From Alphaproteobacteria bacterium (lineage in GTDB: Bacteria; Pseudomonadota; Alphaproteobacteria; Bin95): DNA of 64,000 nt. Under the pieces are notes generated by a model. It saw only the letters and a program-made list of their open reading frames with translations, had not been told where the DNA came from and did not search any database. Shown here in pieces: positions 1-9,875 of this stretch. The position numbers and the translations under genes were made by a program. The stretch lies in assembly GCA_963665325.3 (NCBI GenBank), contig CAXXWS020000003.1:352001-416000 (forward strand), written 5' to 3'. Positions within the stretch are counted from its first letter, which is position 1. Each line of letters begins with the position of its first letter.

Positions 1-2
1 CG

Positions 3-533
3 CCCGAGGGGGACTACAAGTTTGCGCCGAAGGATCCGGGGGGCCTCAATGTCGATCATCAGGATGTCCAGATCTACGAAGCGCTTGTGCGCGGCCGGCC
101 GGGAGCGGTGCCCGAGACCATCGGCCCGCTGCCGGAAGCGCCGCGTCCTGTGATTGCGCCCCCGACGCCGGCGCCCGCGCCGGCGGAACCCGGCCCGAAG
201 GCCACACCCATGCCGGTGCCGGCGCCGCGGGACGGCAGCGCAGTCGCCACGGCCCCGCCTGCGCCGCAAAGGCCGTTGCCGAGTCCGGCACGGGAGGCCG
301 CGGATGAAGTTTTCGTGCAGCTGGGCGCGTTCGGCACCGACGCTGCGGCCCGTGAGGCCTGGGACGCCCTCAAGAAGCGTCACAGCGACCTGCTCGGCCG
401 CATGGATGCCGGGTTCGTTGCAGGCAACGATGTGGTGCGCATCCGTGCGGGGCCGGTCTCGACGTCGGCGCTCGCGCAACTCGTCTGCGAACAGTTGAAG
501 GCGCGCAATGTCGATTGCCTCATCGCCCGCTGA
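3..533 (+). CDS. SPOR domain protein (FtsN-like), 5'-truncated by window edge
   Basis: Frame open from base 3 (PEGDYKFAPKDPGGLNVDHQD..IY), Pro-rich linker, C-terminal SPOR (VQLGAF...RIRAGP...C..LK....C); precedes nagZ as usual in alphaproteobacteria. Confidence 0.85.
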   Translation, partial: PEGDYKFAPKDPGGLNVDHQDVQIYEALVRGRPGAVPETIGPLPEAPRPVIAPPTPAPAPAEPGPKATPMPVPAPRDGSAVATAPPAPQRPLPSPAREAADEVFVQLGAFGTDAAAREAWDALKKRHSDLLGRMDAGFVAGNDVVRIRAGPVSTSALAQLVCEQLKARNVDCLIAR

Positions 534-1473
534 GCGGACCGGGTCGCGCAGGGCGCCGCTTGCGGCCGTCTTCGGCTGCGCCGGCCCGGCGCTCACCGCC
601 TCCGAGCGGGACTTCTTCCGCGATGCGGACCCGCTCGGCTTCATCCTCTTCGACCGCAACCTGCCGGACCCCGCCGGCATCCGCCGGCTGACCGCCGAAC
701 TCCGCGACGCGGTGGGAGACGAGCGCGCGCCTATCCTGATCGACCAGGAAGGCGGGCGCGTGGCGCGGCTCGGCCCGCCGAGGTGGCCGGCCTTTCCCTC
801 GGCCGCCCGCCTCGCCGAAGGGCCTGTCGGAACGACGCGGACCACGGCGCGCGCCATCGGCAACATGCTGGCCGAACTCGGCATCGACGTGAACTGCGCC
901 CCGGTCGGGGATGTCCACGCGCCCGGCGTGACCCATGAAGTGATCGGCGAACGCGCCTTCTCCAGCGACCCCGCTATCGTAGCGGTCCATGCCCGCGCCT
1001 ATGCGGAGGGCCTGCGGGACGCCGGCGTGCTGCCGGTGCTCAAGCACCTGCCAGGGCACGGCCGGGCCCGGGGCGACAGCCACGAGACCCTGCCGGAGAC
1101 GGATGCCGACGAGCCGTCCGTCGCGGCCTTTTCCGCCCTCGCCGATCTGCCGGTCGGCATGACGGCCCATGTGCTCTACCGCGACTGGGACGCTGCGCAG
1201 CCGGCGACGCTTTCGCCGGCGGTGATCGCGGAGGTCGTGCGCGGGCGGATCGGCTTCGACGGGCTTCTGCTCACCGACGACCTCTCCATGCGCGCGCTCG
1301 ACGGCCCGCTCGGCCATCGGGCCCGCCGGGCGCTCGACGCCGGTTGCGACATAACCCTGCACTGCAATGGCGATGGAACCGAGATGACGGCGGTCGCCCA
1401 GGCGGCCGGCACAATGACGGCGGCAGCGATGCAGCGCTGGCGGCGCGCCCGGGACTGGCTGGCCGCATCGTGA
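508..1473 (+). CDS. nagZ: beta-N-acetylhexosaminidase (GH3)
   Basis: IDQEGGRVARL, KHLPGHG, DSH and TDDLSM motifs. Confidence 0.93.
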   Translation: MSIASSPAERTGSRRAPLAAVFGCAGPALTASERDFFRDADPLGFILFDRNLPDPAGIRRLTAELRDAVGDERAPILIDQEGGRVARLGPPRWPAFPSAARLAEGPVGTTRTTARAIGNMLAELGIDVNCAPVGDVHAPGVTHEVIGERAFSSDPAIVAVHARAYAEGLRDAGVLPVLKHLPGHGRARGDSHETLPETDADEPSVAAFSALADLPVGMTAHVLYRDWDAAQPATLSPAVIAEVVRGRIGFDGLLLTDDLSMRALDGPLGHRARRALDAGCDITLHCNGDGTEMTAVAQAAGTMTAAAMQRWRRARDWLAAS

Positions 1474-2159
1474 GCGGCCTGTCGCTGGAGCAGTTCGCCT
1501 ACCAGGTCTCGGTCTGGGCGCTACCGCTGATCCTGGCCGTCGGCTGCCACGAAGCCGCCCACGGCTGGGCCGCATGGAAGCTCGGCGACGACACCGCCCG
1601 GCGGCTCGGCCGGGTCACGCTCAACCCCGTCCGGCATATCGACCCGTTCGGGACCCTGCTGCTGCCGGGGCTGCTGCTGGTGACCGGCGCCCCGTTCCTC
1701 ATCGGCTACGCGAAGCCGGTGCCCGTCCATTTCGGCCGGCTGCGGCCCGCCCGCCTGGGCATGGTGCTGGTGGCGGCTGCGGGCCCGGCGGCCAATCTCG
1801 CGCTCTGCGTGGTTTCGCTGGTCGTCCTCCAGGCAGTCGGCTGGCTCCCTGAGATGCCGGGACGCGACTGGCTTGTCGAAACCGCCAGGAAGAGCGTGAT
1901 CCTCAACGTCGTGCTCGCGGTCTTCAACATGCTCCCGGTGCCGCCGCTCGACGGCGGGCGCATCCTCACGGCGCTGCTGCCGCCCCGCATGGCGCTGCGC
2001 GTCGCGTCCTTGGAGCGCGGCGGGATTGTCATTATCCTCCTTGTGCTGTTGGTGCTGCCCTCGCTGCTGGCCATGGCGGGTATCGGGTTCGATCCGGCGG
2101 ACTGGTTGATATGGCGGCCGGTGGGGTGGATCATCGACGGGTTGATGACGGTCATCTGA
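1470..2159 (+). CDS. site-2 protease family (M50) membrane metalloprotease
   Basis: HEAAH and NMLPVPPLDGG motifs; GTG start overlaps the nagZ stop (GTGA). Confidence 0.9.
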   Translation: MSGLSLEQFAYQVSVWALPLILAVGCHEAAHGWAAWKLGDDTARRLGRVTLNPVRHIDPFGTLLLPGLLLVTGAPFLIGYAKPVPVHFGRLRPARLGMVLVAAAGPAANLALCVVSLVVLQAVGWLPEMPGRDWLVETARKSVILNVVLAVFNMLPVPPLDGGRILTALLPPRMALRVASLERGGIVIILLVLLVLPSLLAMAGIGFDPADWLIWRPVGWIIDGLMTVI

Positions 2160-2173
2160 TCGGAACGGCAGCA

Positions 2174-3253
2174 ATGAACGCGCCCACCCTGCAGGTCGAA
2201 GGCCTCGAGCACGGCTATGACGGCGAAGCCGTGCTGAACGGCGTGAGCTTCAAGGTGGACGCCGGCGAGATCGTGTGCCTGCTCGGGCCGTCCGGCTGCG
2301 GCAAGACGACGACATTGCGGCTGGTCGCAGGTCTGGAGCGCCCGGCTGCCGGGCAGGTCGTCATCGCAGGCGAGACCGCGACCGGGCCCGGCCGGATGGT
2401 CCCGCCCGAGCAGCGACGGGTCTCGATGATGTTCCAGGACTACGCCCTCTTTCCGCATCTCAGGGTGCGCGACAATGTAACCTTCGGCCTGGGCCGGCTG
2501 GCGCGCAGGGAGCAGCGCAGGCGGGCCGACGACCTGTTGGACAAGGTGGGCATGGCCGCATATGCCGGCTCCTATCCCCATGTTCTGTCGGGCGGCCAGC
2601 AGCAGCGCGTCGCGCTGGCCCGAGCGCTCGCGCCGGAGCCCAATCTGGTGCTGCTGGACGAGCCGTTCTCCGGTCTCGACCCGGAACTTCGCGGCCGGGT
2701 GCGCGACGATTCCATGCACCTGCTCAAGACCAGCGGCGCCGCGACGCTGTTCGTCACCCACGACGCTGAGGAGGCCATGATGATGGCCGACCGGGTGGTG
2801 GTGATGCGGGAGGGCCGGGTAGTCCAGAACGGCGCACCGGAAGAGATCTATTGCGAGCCCGCCTCGCCCTTCGTCGCAGCCTTCCTGGGCGAGGTGAACC
2901 GGTTCGACGGACTGGTGGCAGAGGGACAGGTGGAGACCCCGCTCGGGTCCGTCGCCGCTCCCGGCTTTTCGGAAGGGTGCGCGGTTCAGGTGCTGGTCCG
3001 GCCCGAGGCGATCCGCATCGGCGGCCCGGAAAGCGCCGGAGCAGAAGCCCGGATCGAGGCGGTGCGCATGGTGGGTCGCAGCACGCTCGTCCATCTCACG
3101 CTCGCTGCGGCCGCCCGTGGCGTTTACGGTTCCGACGCTCCGGAGGGCATCCATCTCCACGCCCGGTCCCCCGGCCGCGTCAGTGCCGGCGAGGGCGAGG
3201 TCAGGCAGCTTTCGCTCGACGGCGAGCAGGTGTTCGTCTTTCACCGCGAGTGA
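2174..3253 (+). CDS. ABC transporter ATP-binding protein (FbpC/PotA-like)
   Basis: Walker [17 protein letters not shown] signature, LLDEPF, VTHD; TOBE-like C-terminus. Confidence 0.92.
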   Translation: MNAPTLQVEGLEHGYDGEAVLNGVSFKVDAGEIVCLLGPSGCGKTTTLRLVAGLERPAAGQVVIAGETATGPGRMVPPEQRRVSMMFQDYALFPHLRVRDNVTFGLGRLARREQRRRADDLLDKVGMAAYAGSYPHVLSGGQQQRVALARALAPEPNLVLLDEPFSGLDPELRGRVRDDSMHLLKTSGAATLFVTHDAEEAMMMADRVVVMREGRVVQNGAPEEIYCEPASPFVAAFLGEVNRFDGLVAEGQVETPLGSVAAPGFSEGCAVQVLVRPEAIRIGGPESAGAEARIEAVRMVGRSTLVHLTLAAAARGVYGSDAPEGIHLHARSPGRVSAGEGEVRQLSLDGEQVFVFHRE

Positions 3254-3315
3254 GCCGCGTTGCGGGCGGCGCGCGCTTCTGCGATAACGACGCCCAGCAG
3301 CAGGAGGCACAGCAT

Positions 3316-3534
3316 ATGAGCATCGGTCCCTGGCAAGTCATCATCGTTCTGGTGATCATCCTGATCCTGTTCGGCGCCGGGAAGCTGCCGCGGGTGATGG
3401 GCGATCTCGCCAAGGGCGTGAAGAACTTCAAGAAGGGCTTGAACGAGGAAGACCGCGAGACGGCCATCGAGTCCGCACCGGCGGAGACCGTCACCGCCGC
3501 CGAAGGCGAAAAAGACACCGCAGCCCGCACCTGA
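3316..3534 (+). CDS. tatA: twin-arginine translocase TatA
   Basis: [41 protein letters not shown]; AGGAGG RBS upstream. Confidence 0.95.
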   Translation: MSIGPWQVIIVLVIILILFGAGKLPRVMGDLAKGVKNFKKGLNEEDRETAIESAPAETVTAAEGEKDTAART

Positions 3535-3558
3535 CGCCGGGAGGGCCGGCAACGCGCC

Positions 3559-3912
3559 ATGCTCGATATCGGCTGGACGGAAATGTTGATGATCGCGGTA
3601 ATCGCGATCGTCGTCATCGGCCCGCGCGACCTGCCGAAGATGCTCAAGACCGTCGGGAGCTGGGTGCGCAAGGCGCGGGCAACCGTGCGCGAGCTTCAGA
3701 CCGGCATTGAGGATATGGCGCGGGAAGCGGAACTCGACGAGGTGAAGAAGTCCGTCGAGAGCGCGACCCGCATGGACGACTGGCTCGATGACAAGGCTGT
3801 CGTCAAACCGCCGGCAAGCTCGTCTCCGCCCGCCGCGACTTCGCCGCAGCCCTCTGCGGCGGCATCGGCCGGCGCGGCAGCCGATGCAGGCAAGCCGGCG
3901 AAGCTCTGGTGA
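3559..3912 (+). CDS. tatB: twin-arginine translocase TatB
   Basis: MLDIGWTEML...VVIGPRDLP motif; lies between tatA and tatC. Confidence 0.95.
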   Translation: MLDIGWTEMLMIAVIAIVVIGPRDLPKMLKTVGSWVRKARATVRELQTGIEDMAREAELDEVKKSVESATRMDDWLDDKAVVKPPASSSPPAATSPQPSAAASAGAAADAGKPAKLW

Positions 3913-4730
3913 ACCAGGGGGCGGAAGAAGACAAAGAGGCGCCGCTGCTCGACCACATCATCGAGTTGCGCAACCGGCTGGTCTATTCGGTCATCGCGCT
4001 GCTGGTGGGCTTCATCGTCTGCGTCTCGGTCGCAAGCTACATCTTCGAGTTCCTGACTGCGCCGCTGGCCCGCGCGCTGGGCGACGAGGCCGGGCGGCGC
4101 ATGATCTTCACCGCGCTCTACGAACCGTTCTTCGTCTATATCAAGATCGGAATCTATGCCGGGCTGTTCCTGGCCTTCCCGGTGATCTCGAACCAGCTCT
4201 GGCGCTTCGTCGCGCCCGGCCTCTACCGCCGCGAGAAGCAGGCCTTCCTGCCCTATCTGGCAGCGACGCCGATACTGTTCTTCGCCGGCGGGGCAATGGT
4301 CTATTACGCGGTCATGCCGCTCGCCTGGGAGTTCTTCGTGACCTTCGAGAGCCCCGGCGCGCCGGGGGCGGAAGGCGAGGTCGGCACCCTGCCGATCCAG
4401 CTCGAGGCCAAGGTCTCGGAATATCTCTCGCTGGTCATCAAGCTCATGTTCGCCTTCGGGCTCTTCTTCCAGATGCCGGTCGGCATCACGCTGGTCGTCC
4501 GCGCCGGGATCGTCTCGGCAGACCAGCTCGCCCGCGGGCGCAAATACGCCGTCGTGGTCGTGTTCCTGACGGCGGCAGTGTTGACCCCGCCCGACATCAT
4601 CAGCCAGGTCGGCCTCGCGCTGCCGGGGCTCGTGCTCTACGAAATCTCGATCGTGCTCGCGCGCAGGATCGAGCGCCGCCGGGCCCGTGCGGAGGCGGAA
4701 GCGGACGCGGAAGAGGAAGCCGAAGGGTGA
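3909..4730 (+). CDS. tatC: twin-arginine translocase TatC
   Basis: [32 protein letters not shown] motifs. Confidence 0.96.
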   Translation: MNQGAEEDKEAPLLDHIIELRNRLVYSVIALLVGFIVCVSVASYIFEFLTAPLARALGDEAGRRMIFTALYEPFFVYIKIGIYAGLFLAFPVISNQLWRFVAPGLYRREKQAFLPYLAATPILFFAGGAMVYYAVMPLAWEFFVTFESPGAPGAEGEVGTLPIQLEAKVSEYLSLVIKLMFAFGLFFQMPVGITLVVRAGIVSADQLARGRKYAVVVVFLTAAVLTPPDIISQVGLALPGLVLYEISIVLARRIERRRARAEAEADAEEEAEG

Positions 4731-4731
4731 G

Positions 4732-5847
4732 ATGGCGGTCGGCTTCGCGCTGACGGGCACTGACGGGCGTGCGCGGCGCGGACGGCTGGAGACGGCGCAC
4801 GGGCCGGTCGAGACGCCGGCCTTCATGCCGGTCGGCACCGCCGCCACCGTCAAGGCGCTCACCCCCGCCATGGTGGCGGAAACCGGCGCGCAAATGGTGC
4901 TCGGCAACACCTACCACCTCATGCTCCGCCCCGGCGCGGAGCGGGTGGCCAGGCTCGGCGGCCTCCATGCCTTCATGCGCTGGCCGGGGCCGATCCTGAC
5001 CGATTCCGGCGGCTACCAGGCCATGTCGCTCGGCAGCCTGGCGAAGGTCGGGGAGGACGGGGTGCGCTTCCAGAGCCATATCGACGGCGCGCGCCTCGAA
5101 CTCACGCCGGAACGCGCGGTCGAGGCGCAATATCTGCTGGACAGCAATGTGACCATGGCGCTCGACGAATGCACGCCCTGGCCCATCGACAAGGCGGGCG
5201 CCGCCGCTTCCATGCGCCGGTCGATGCGCTGGGCGGAACGCTGCCGGGCGGCCTTCCGCGACCGGGCGGGCTATGGCCTGTTCGGCATCGTGCAGGGCGG
5301 CGTGCATGACGATTTGCGCGCGGAGTCCGCGGAGGCGCTGACGGGGATCGGCTTCGACGGCTATGCGGTCGGCGGTCTTGCGGTCGGCGAGGGGCAGGCA
5401 GCGATGTTCGACGTCCTCGACACGGTGCCCGACGCACTGCCGGCGGATCGGCCGCGCTATCTCATGGGCGTTGGCAAGCCGGCCGACATCGTGGGCGCGG
5501 TGGCGCGCGGAATCGACATGTTCGACTGCGTGCTGCCGACCCGGTCCGGGCGCACCGCTCAGGCCTGGACCTGGGACGGGCCACTCAACCTGCGCAATGC
5601 CCGCCACGCCGAAGACCCCGCGCCGCTCGACGCGCGCATGGATTGCCCGGCGAGCCGCGAGTTCAGCCGCGCCTATCTGCACCACCTCGTGAAGTCCCGC
5701 GAGATGCTGGGCGCGACGCTGCTCAGCTGGCACAACACCGCCTTCTACCAGGCCCTGATGGCCGAAATCCGCAGCGCCATCGACCAGGCCCGCTTCGCTG
5801 AGTGGCGCCGGGAGTTCGAGCATTGGCAAGGCGGCGGAGACGATTGA
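4732..5847 (+). CDS. tgt: tRNA-guanine transglycosylase
   Basis: [39 protein letters not shown]. Confidence 0.96.
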   Translation: MAVGFALTGTDGRARRGRLETAHGPVETPAFMPVGTAATVKALTPAMVAETGAQMVLGNTYHLMLRPGAERVARLGGLHAFMRWPGPILTDSGGYQAMSLGSLAKVGEDGVRFQSHIDGARLELTPERAVEAQYLLDSNVTMALDECTPWPIDKAGAAASMRRSMRWAERCRAAFRDRAGYGLFGIVQGGVHDDLRAESAEALTGIGFDGYAVGGLAVGEGQAAMFDVLDTVPDALPADRPRYLMGVGKPADIVGAVARGIDMFDCVLPTRSGRTAQAWTWDGPLNLRNARHAEDPAPLDARMDCPASREFSRAYLHHLVKSREMLGATLLSWHNTAFYQALMAEIRSAIDQARFAEWRREFEHWQGGGDD

Positions 5848-7892
5848 TGCCGTGCGGAAAGACCCTCCTGGCTACTGCGCTGCTGGTCGGCCTTGCCAGC
5901 GCACAACCGGTCCCGGCATATGCGCTGCCCGCCGAGACGCTGGAATCGGTCGTTTCGGTGCTGCCTGTCTGGCCGGGGCGGCCCCAGGGCGGCGCGGGCG
6001 GGCGCCCGGGCATCGCACCCGAAGGCAGCGGCGTGGTCCTGAAGCCCGGCCTCATCGCGACGGCATGGCATGCGGTCGAGCCTGCCCGGCGGATCGACAT
6101 TCGCCTGTCCGACGGACGCATCCTGCCGGCCAGGCTGGTTGCGAAGGACGCCGCGAGCGACATCGCCCTGTTGAGCGTGGACGCCCGGCTTCGGCCCATC
6201 GAGCTTGCGCCGGCGCCGCAATTGGCCCAGCCGGTATGCGCCATCGCCAATGCCTACGGCCTCGGCCTGTCCGTGACATGCGGCGTGATTTCCGCGCTGA
6301 ACGTGACCGATGCGGGGTTCAACGCCGTGGAGGACTTCATCCAGACCGATGCGGCCGCCAATCCGGGCAGTTCCGGCGGCGCGCTGGTGGACCGGCAGGG
6401 CCGCCTCGTGGGCATGATGTCCGCGATCTTCGCCTCCGGGACCGATACCGATATCGGCATCAACTTCGCGGTTTCGACGGAACTGCTCATGCGCGTCGTC
6501 GAGGCGCTGATTGCCGACGGCAAGGTCGAATATCCCTCGCCCGGCTGGCGCCTGGAGGCCTCCGGACGCGACCGGCTGGCGAAAGTGGCCGCGCCGGCGG
6601 TCGGCGCGGTCAGCGAAGGCGGTCCGGCAGACAAGGCGGATATCCGGCCCGGCGATACGATACTGAAAATCGGCGCGCGGCGGGTGCGCACGCCTCGCGA
6701 CGCCATCGCCGCATTCGCCGTCATTCGCGATCCCGGCGCGCCGCTCGACATTACCCTGCTGCGCGGCGCCGAGGAGCGCGTCGCCACACTCTCTCTTGAC
6801 CCGGCGCCGCAGGCGGCGGACGCGCCGGACAAGCCGGAGGCGTTGGCGGATTGCCCCCATCCGGCGCCGGTCTGCCGCGTCCGGCAGGCGGTTTTCCCGG
6901 TTTCCGGCTTCGATCCGGCCGCAAGTGCAACCCGCATAGGGCCCGCGCTGCTCGTCATCAACCGCCATGTCGTGGCGGACCGTCCCGACGCGGTAGTCCA
7001 CACGCCCGGCGGGCCGAGGGAGGCGAGAGTGGTCCCCTCGGCCTATGCCGGCGACCTGGCGCTACTTGAGGTCCGCGGCCTGCCTGCGGAGGGGTTCGTT
7101 CCGGACCTCGAAGGCGAGGCGCCGGAGATTGGCGAATTCTACGCCGTCGGCATCGATATCGCCCGGAAGGCGGTGCGTGTTTTCGCCCCCGGCGGGTTGA
7201 TCGCGGGGCCGGCGGCGGGCGCGGAACTCGGGCGCCTCCATATCCGCGCGCATATGCAGCCCGGCGTCAGCGGCGGCGCGCTGGTGGACGAAGGCGGCGA
7301 GTTGGTGGGGATTGCCGTGGGCGGCGGCGACGGACGGTTCGAGGCGATACCGCTGGCGGGCGTTCGCGCGCTCCTGGCCCTGCGCACGGACCCCAAGGCC
7401 GCGGAGGTCACGCGCCGGCTGGGAGCGGCCTTCGCGGCCTGTGCGGCCGGGATGGACGCATTCCAAGGCCGTGCAGCGGCCGAGTCCGAACGCAACGGGT
7501 TGGTCGAAAGCTGTGCCGCGGCGCGGAACCACGGCCAATTGCTCAAAGCCGGGCGCCTGCTGGCGCGGGCCGGCGATTTCAACGGCGCCATAGCCCTGCA
7601 CGGCCAGGCCGTCGGACAGGTTCCCAACTCGATCAATGCGCGGATATCGCTGCTGGTGTCGCTGCAGCTCGGGGGCCGCTTCGAGGAGATGACGGGCCAT
7701 GCGCGCCGGCTGATGGACATGGCGGAGGAGGACCCCCAGGCCTTGCGGTTCGCCATACAGTCGGGCGTCTGGGGCAATGAGCCGGAACTGGCCGACGAAG
7801 CTTATCGCGCGCTCTTGAGGGCCGATCCCCGGCAGGCAGAGGCAGCCCGACGCTTCATCGACGCCGCCCCGCCCGCGCCGCCGCGCAGATAG
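5847..7892 (+). CDS. secreted serine protease with trypsin-PDZ-trypsin-TPR-like architecture
   Basis: Signal peptide; triad 1 TAWHAV/SDIAL/NPGSSGG; PDZ (GPADKADIRPGDTIL); triad 2 INRHVV/GDLALL/QPGVSGG; Ala-rich helical TPR-like C-terminus. Confidence 0.85.
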   Translation: MPCGKTLLATALLVGLASAQPVPAYALPAETLESVVSVLPVWPGRPQGGAGGRPGIAPEGSGVVLKPGLIATAWHAVEPARRIDIRLSDGRILPARLVAKDAASDIALLSVDARLRPIELAPAPQLAQPVCAIANAYGLGLSVTCGVISALNVTDAGFNAVEDFIQTDAAANPGSSGGALVDRQGRLVGMMSAIFASGTDTDIGINFAVSTELLMRVVEALIADGKVEYPSPGWRLEASGRDRLAKVAAPAVGAVSEGGPADKADIRPGDTILKIGARRVRTPRDAIAAFAVIRDPGAPLDITLLRGAEERVATLSLDPAPQAADAPDKPEALADCPHPAPVCRVRQAVFPVSGFDPAASATRIGPALLVINRHVVADRPDAVVHTPGGPREARVVPSAYAGDLALLEVRGLPAEGFVPDLEGEAPEIGEFYAVGIDIARKAVRVFAPGGLIAGPAAGAELGRLHIRAHMQPGVSGGALVDEGGELVGIAVGGGDGRFEAIPLAGVRALLALRTDPKAAEVTRRLGAAFAACAAGMDAFQGRAAAESERNGLVESCAAARNHGQLLKAGRLLARAGDFNGAIALHGQAVGQVPNSINARISLLVSLQLGGRFEEMTGHARRLMDMAEEDPQALRFAIQSGVWGNEPELADEAYRALLRADPRQAEAARRFIDAAPPAPPRR

Positions 7893-7902
7893 CCGGCGCG
7901 GG

Positions 7903-9198
7903 TCACTCCGATAGCGGGTCCGGAATCCAGCCGGCGGCGAGGACGCCCTCGCGCTCGTAGGGAGACGGCGTCGCTCGGGCCAGGATGCGCGCCTTCAGCT
8001 CAAGCGCGCTCAACCCCGGTTCCCGCGCCAGCAGCCGCGCGGCAAGAGCGGCAAGGCGCGGAACCGCGTAGCTGGAGCCGGAAGCGGTCCCGGACGCGCC
8101 GCGAAAATCGACGATCCCCAGGTTCTCCGCCGGCAGCATGACATCCACGCTCTCCGCGCCCCAGTTCGACCCCGGAGCGAGGCGCCCGAAGCCATCGGCC
8201 GAGGTCACGACGACGATGTTTTCGAGCGCCAGAACAGCCGGAAATACAGGGTCGCCGTCGATGTCGCGGCCGTTATTCCCGGCCGAGACGACGGCCAGCA
8301 TGTCGAGCCCGCGAAGTGCGTTTTCGAATGTGTGCCAGTCTTCGGGCTCGCGGCTGCCGAGCGGCATGGCGAGGATACGGGCGCCCGCCCCGGCCGCGCG
8401 CCGGACCAGCTCGCCCATGCGGCTCATGTCGGGACGGGGATAGCGGAACGGCACCAGCGCGGCGCCGGGCGCCTCCCGCGCGAGCACCGATGCGACCGCC
8501 GTGCCGTGGCGGATCGGGAGGAAGGGGCCGCGCGAAACGTCTCCGTCATACGGCCAAGGATCGAGGTCCCAATAGTCGTAGCCGACCGGCATGCCGTCGC
8601 CGTCGCGGGCCAGCCGGTTCCGGAACAGCGGCAGGTCGTAGGCCAGCCCCGAGTCCACGAGCGCGACCCGCACGCCTCCGGAGTCCTTTCCCTCGGGCCA
8701 GGGAGCCTGCAGGGTCTCGGTCCATTTCACCGTCTCGAGGTCGCCTTCGAGCTGGTCGAGATACCGCCAGCCATCGCCCTCCGCCCGGATCGCCCGGCCC
8801 GAGCGGATCGTGCATCCGCCGTCCGCTATCGCCTGGAGAGACGGCTGCGCGCCTTTTCCATTGCCTGCAGCGTAGGAAACCAGGAATTGGCGAAGCCTGC
8901 CGCCGAACTGCCGCCGTTCGACGGTGAGTTCGTCTGCGCCCGGCAGCAGGAGGCGCACGGTGATTCGCCGGGGAGCGCCGCCGTCGGGCCGGCGGGTCTC
9001 GTCCAGGAGCCAGCTGCCGGGCAAGGCGGTCTGCGCGTCGAGGCCGGACAGTCCTGGCGGCGGGCACAGCCGCGCGACAGCGAGACGCAGCCAATGCGCC
9101 TCCTCCCGGCTGCTGCCGGCCGCCGGCCCGGCCGACATCGCAATCGTCGAAACGAGCAGGAGCGAAGCGCCGAGAATCCGTGTGGGAAAGCGTTGCAT
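7903..9198 (-). CDS. secreted S8 (subtilase) peptidase with an unrecognised N-terminal domain
   Basis: VALVDSG (Asp), HGTAVAS (His), SAGNNG (oxyanion Asn), SGSSYAVP (Ser); hydrophobic signal after the ATG at 9198. Confidence 0.88.
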   Translation of the reverse strand: MQRFPTRILGASLLLVSTIAMSAGPAAGSSREEAHWLRLAVARLCPPPGLSGLDAQTALPGSWLLDETRRPDGGAPRRITVRLLLPGADELTVERRQFGGRLRQFLVSYAAGNGKGAQPSLQAIADGGCTIRSGRAIRAEGDGWRYLDQLEGDLETVKWTETLQAPWPEGKDSGGVRVALVDSGLAYDLPLFRNRLARDGDGMPVGYDYWDLDPWPYDGDVSRGPFLPIRHGTAVASVLAREAPGAALVPFRYPRPDMSRMGELVRRAAGAGARILAMPLGSREPEDWHTFENALRGLDMLAVVSAGNNGRDIDGDPVFPAVLALENIVVVTSADGFGRLAPGSNWGAESVDVMLPAENLGIVDFRGASGTASGSSYAVPRLAALAARLLAREPGLSALELKARILARATPSPYEREGVLAAGWIPDPLSE

Positions 9199-9392
9199 GG
9201 CGACCCTCGGCTTATCCGGGAGCGCAGGGAAAATCAAAGCCCGGAAGAGAGGTTCGCGATCTCCGGCCATACGGCCTGCATAAACAACCGTTTCGCAAGC
9301 AGTTGCGCCGATCCGCGCATCCTCATCCGGGTTGACCCGGCTACCCGGTCGGTTCCACACTCGTATCAGGAACTCCAGGAGGAAGCGTTCCC

Positions 9393-9872
<480 letters not shown>

Positions 9873-9875
9873 CCC

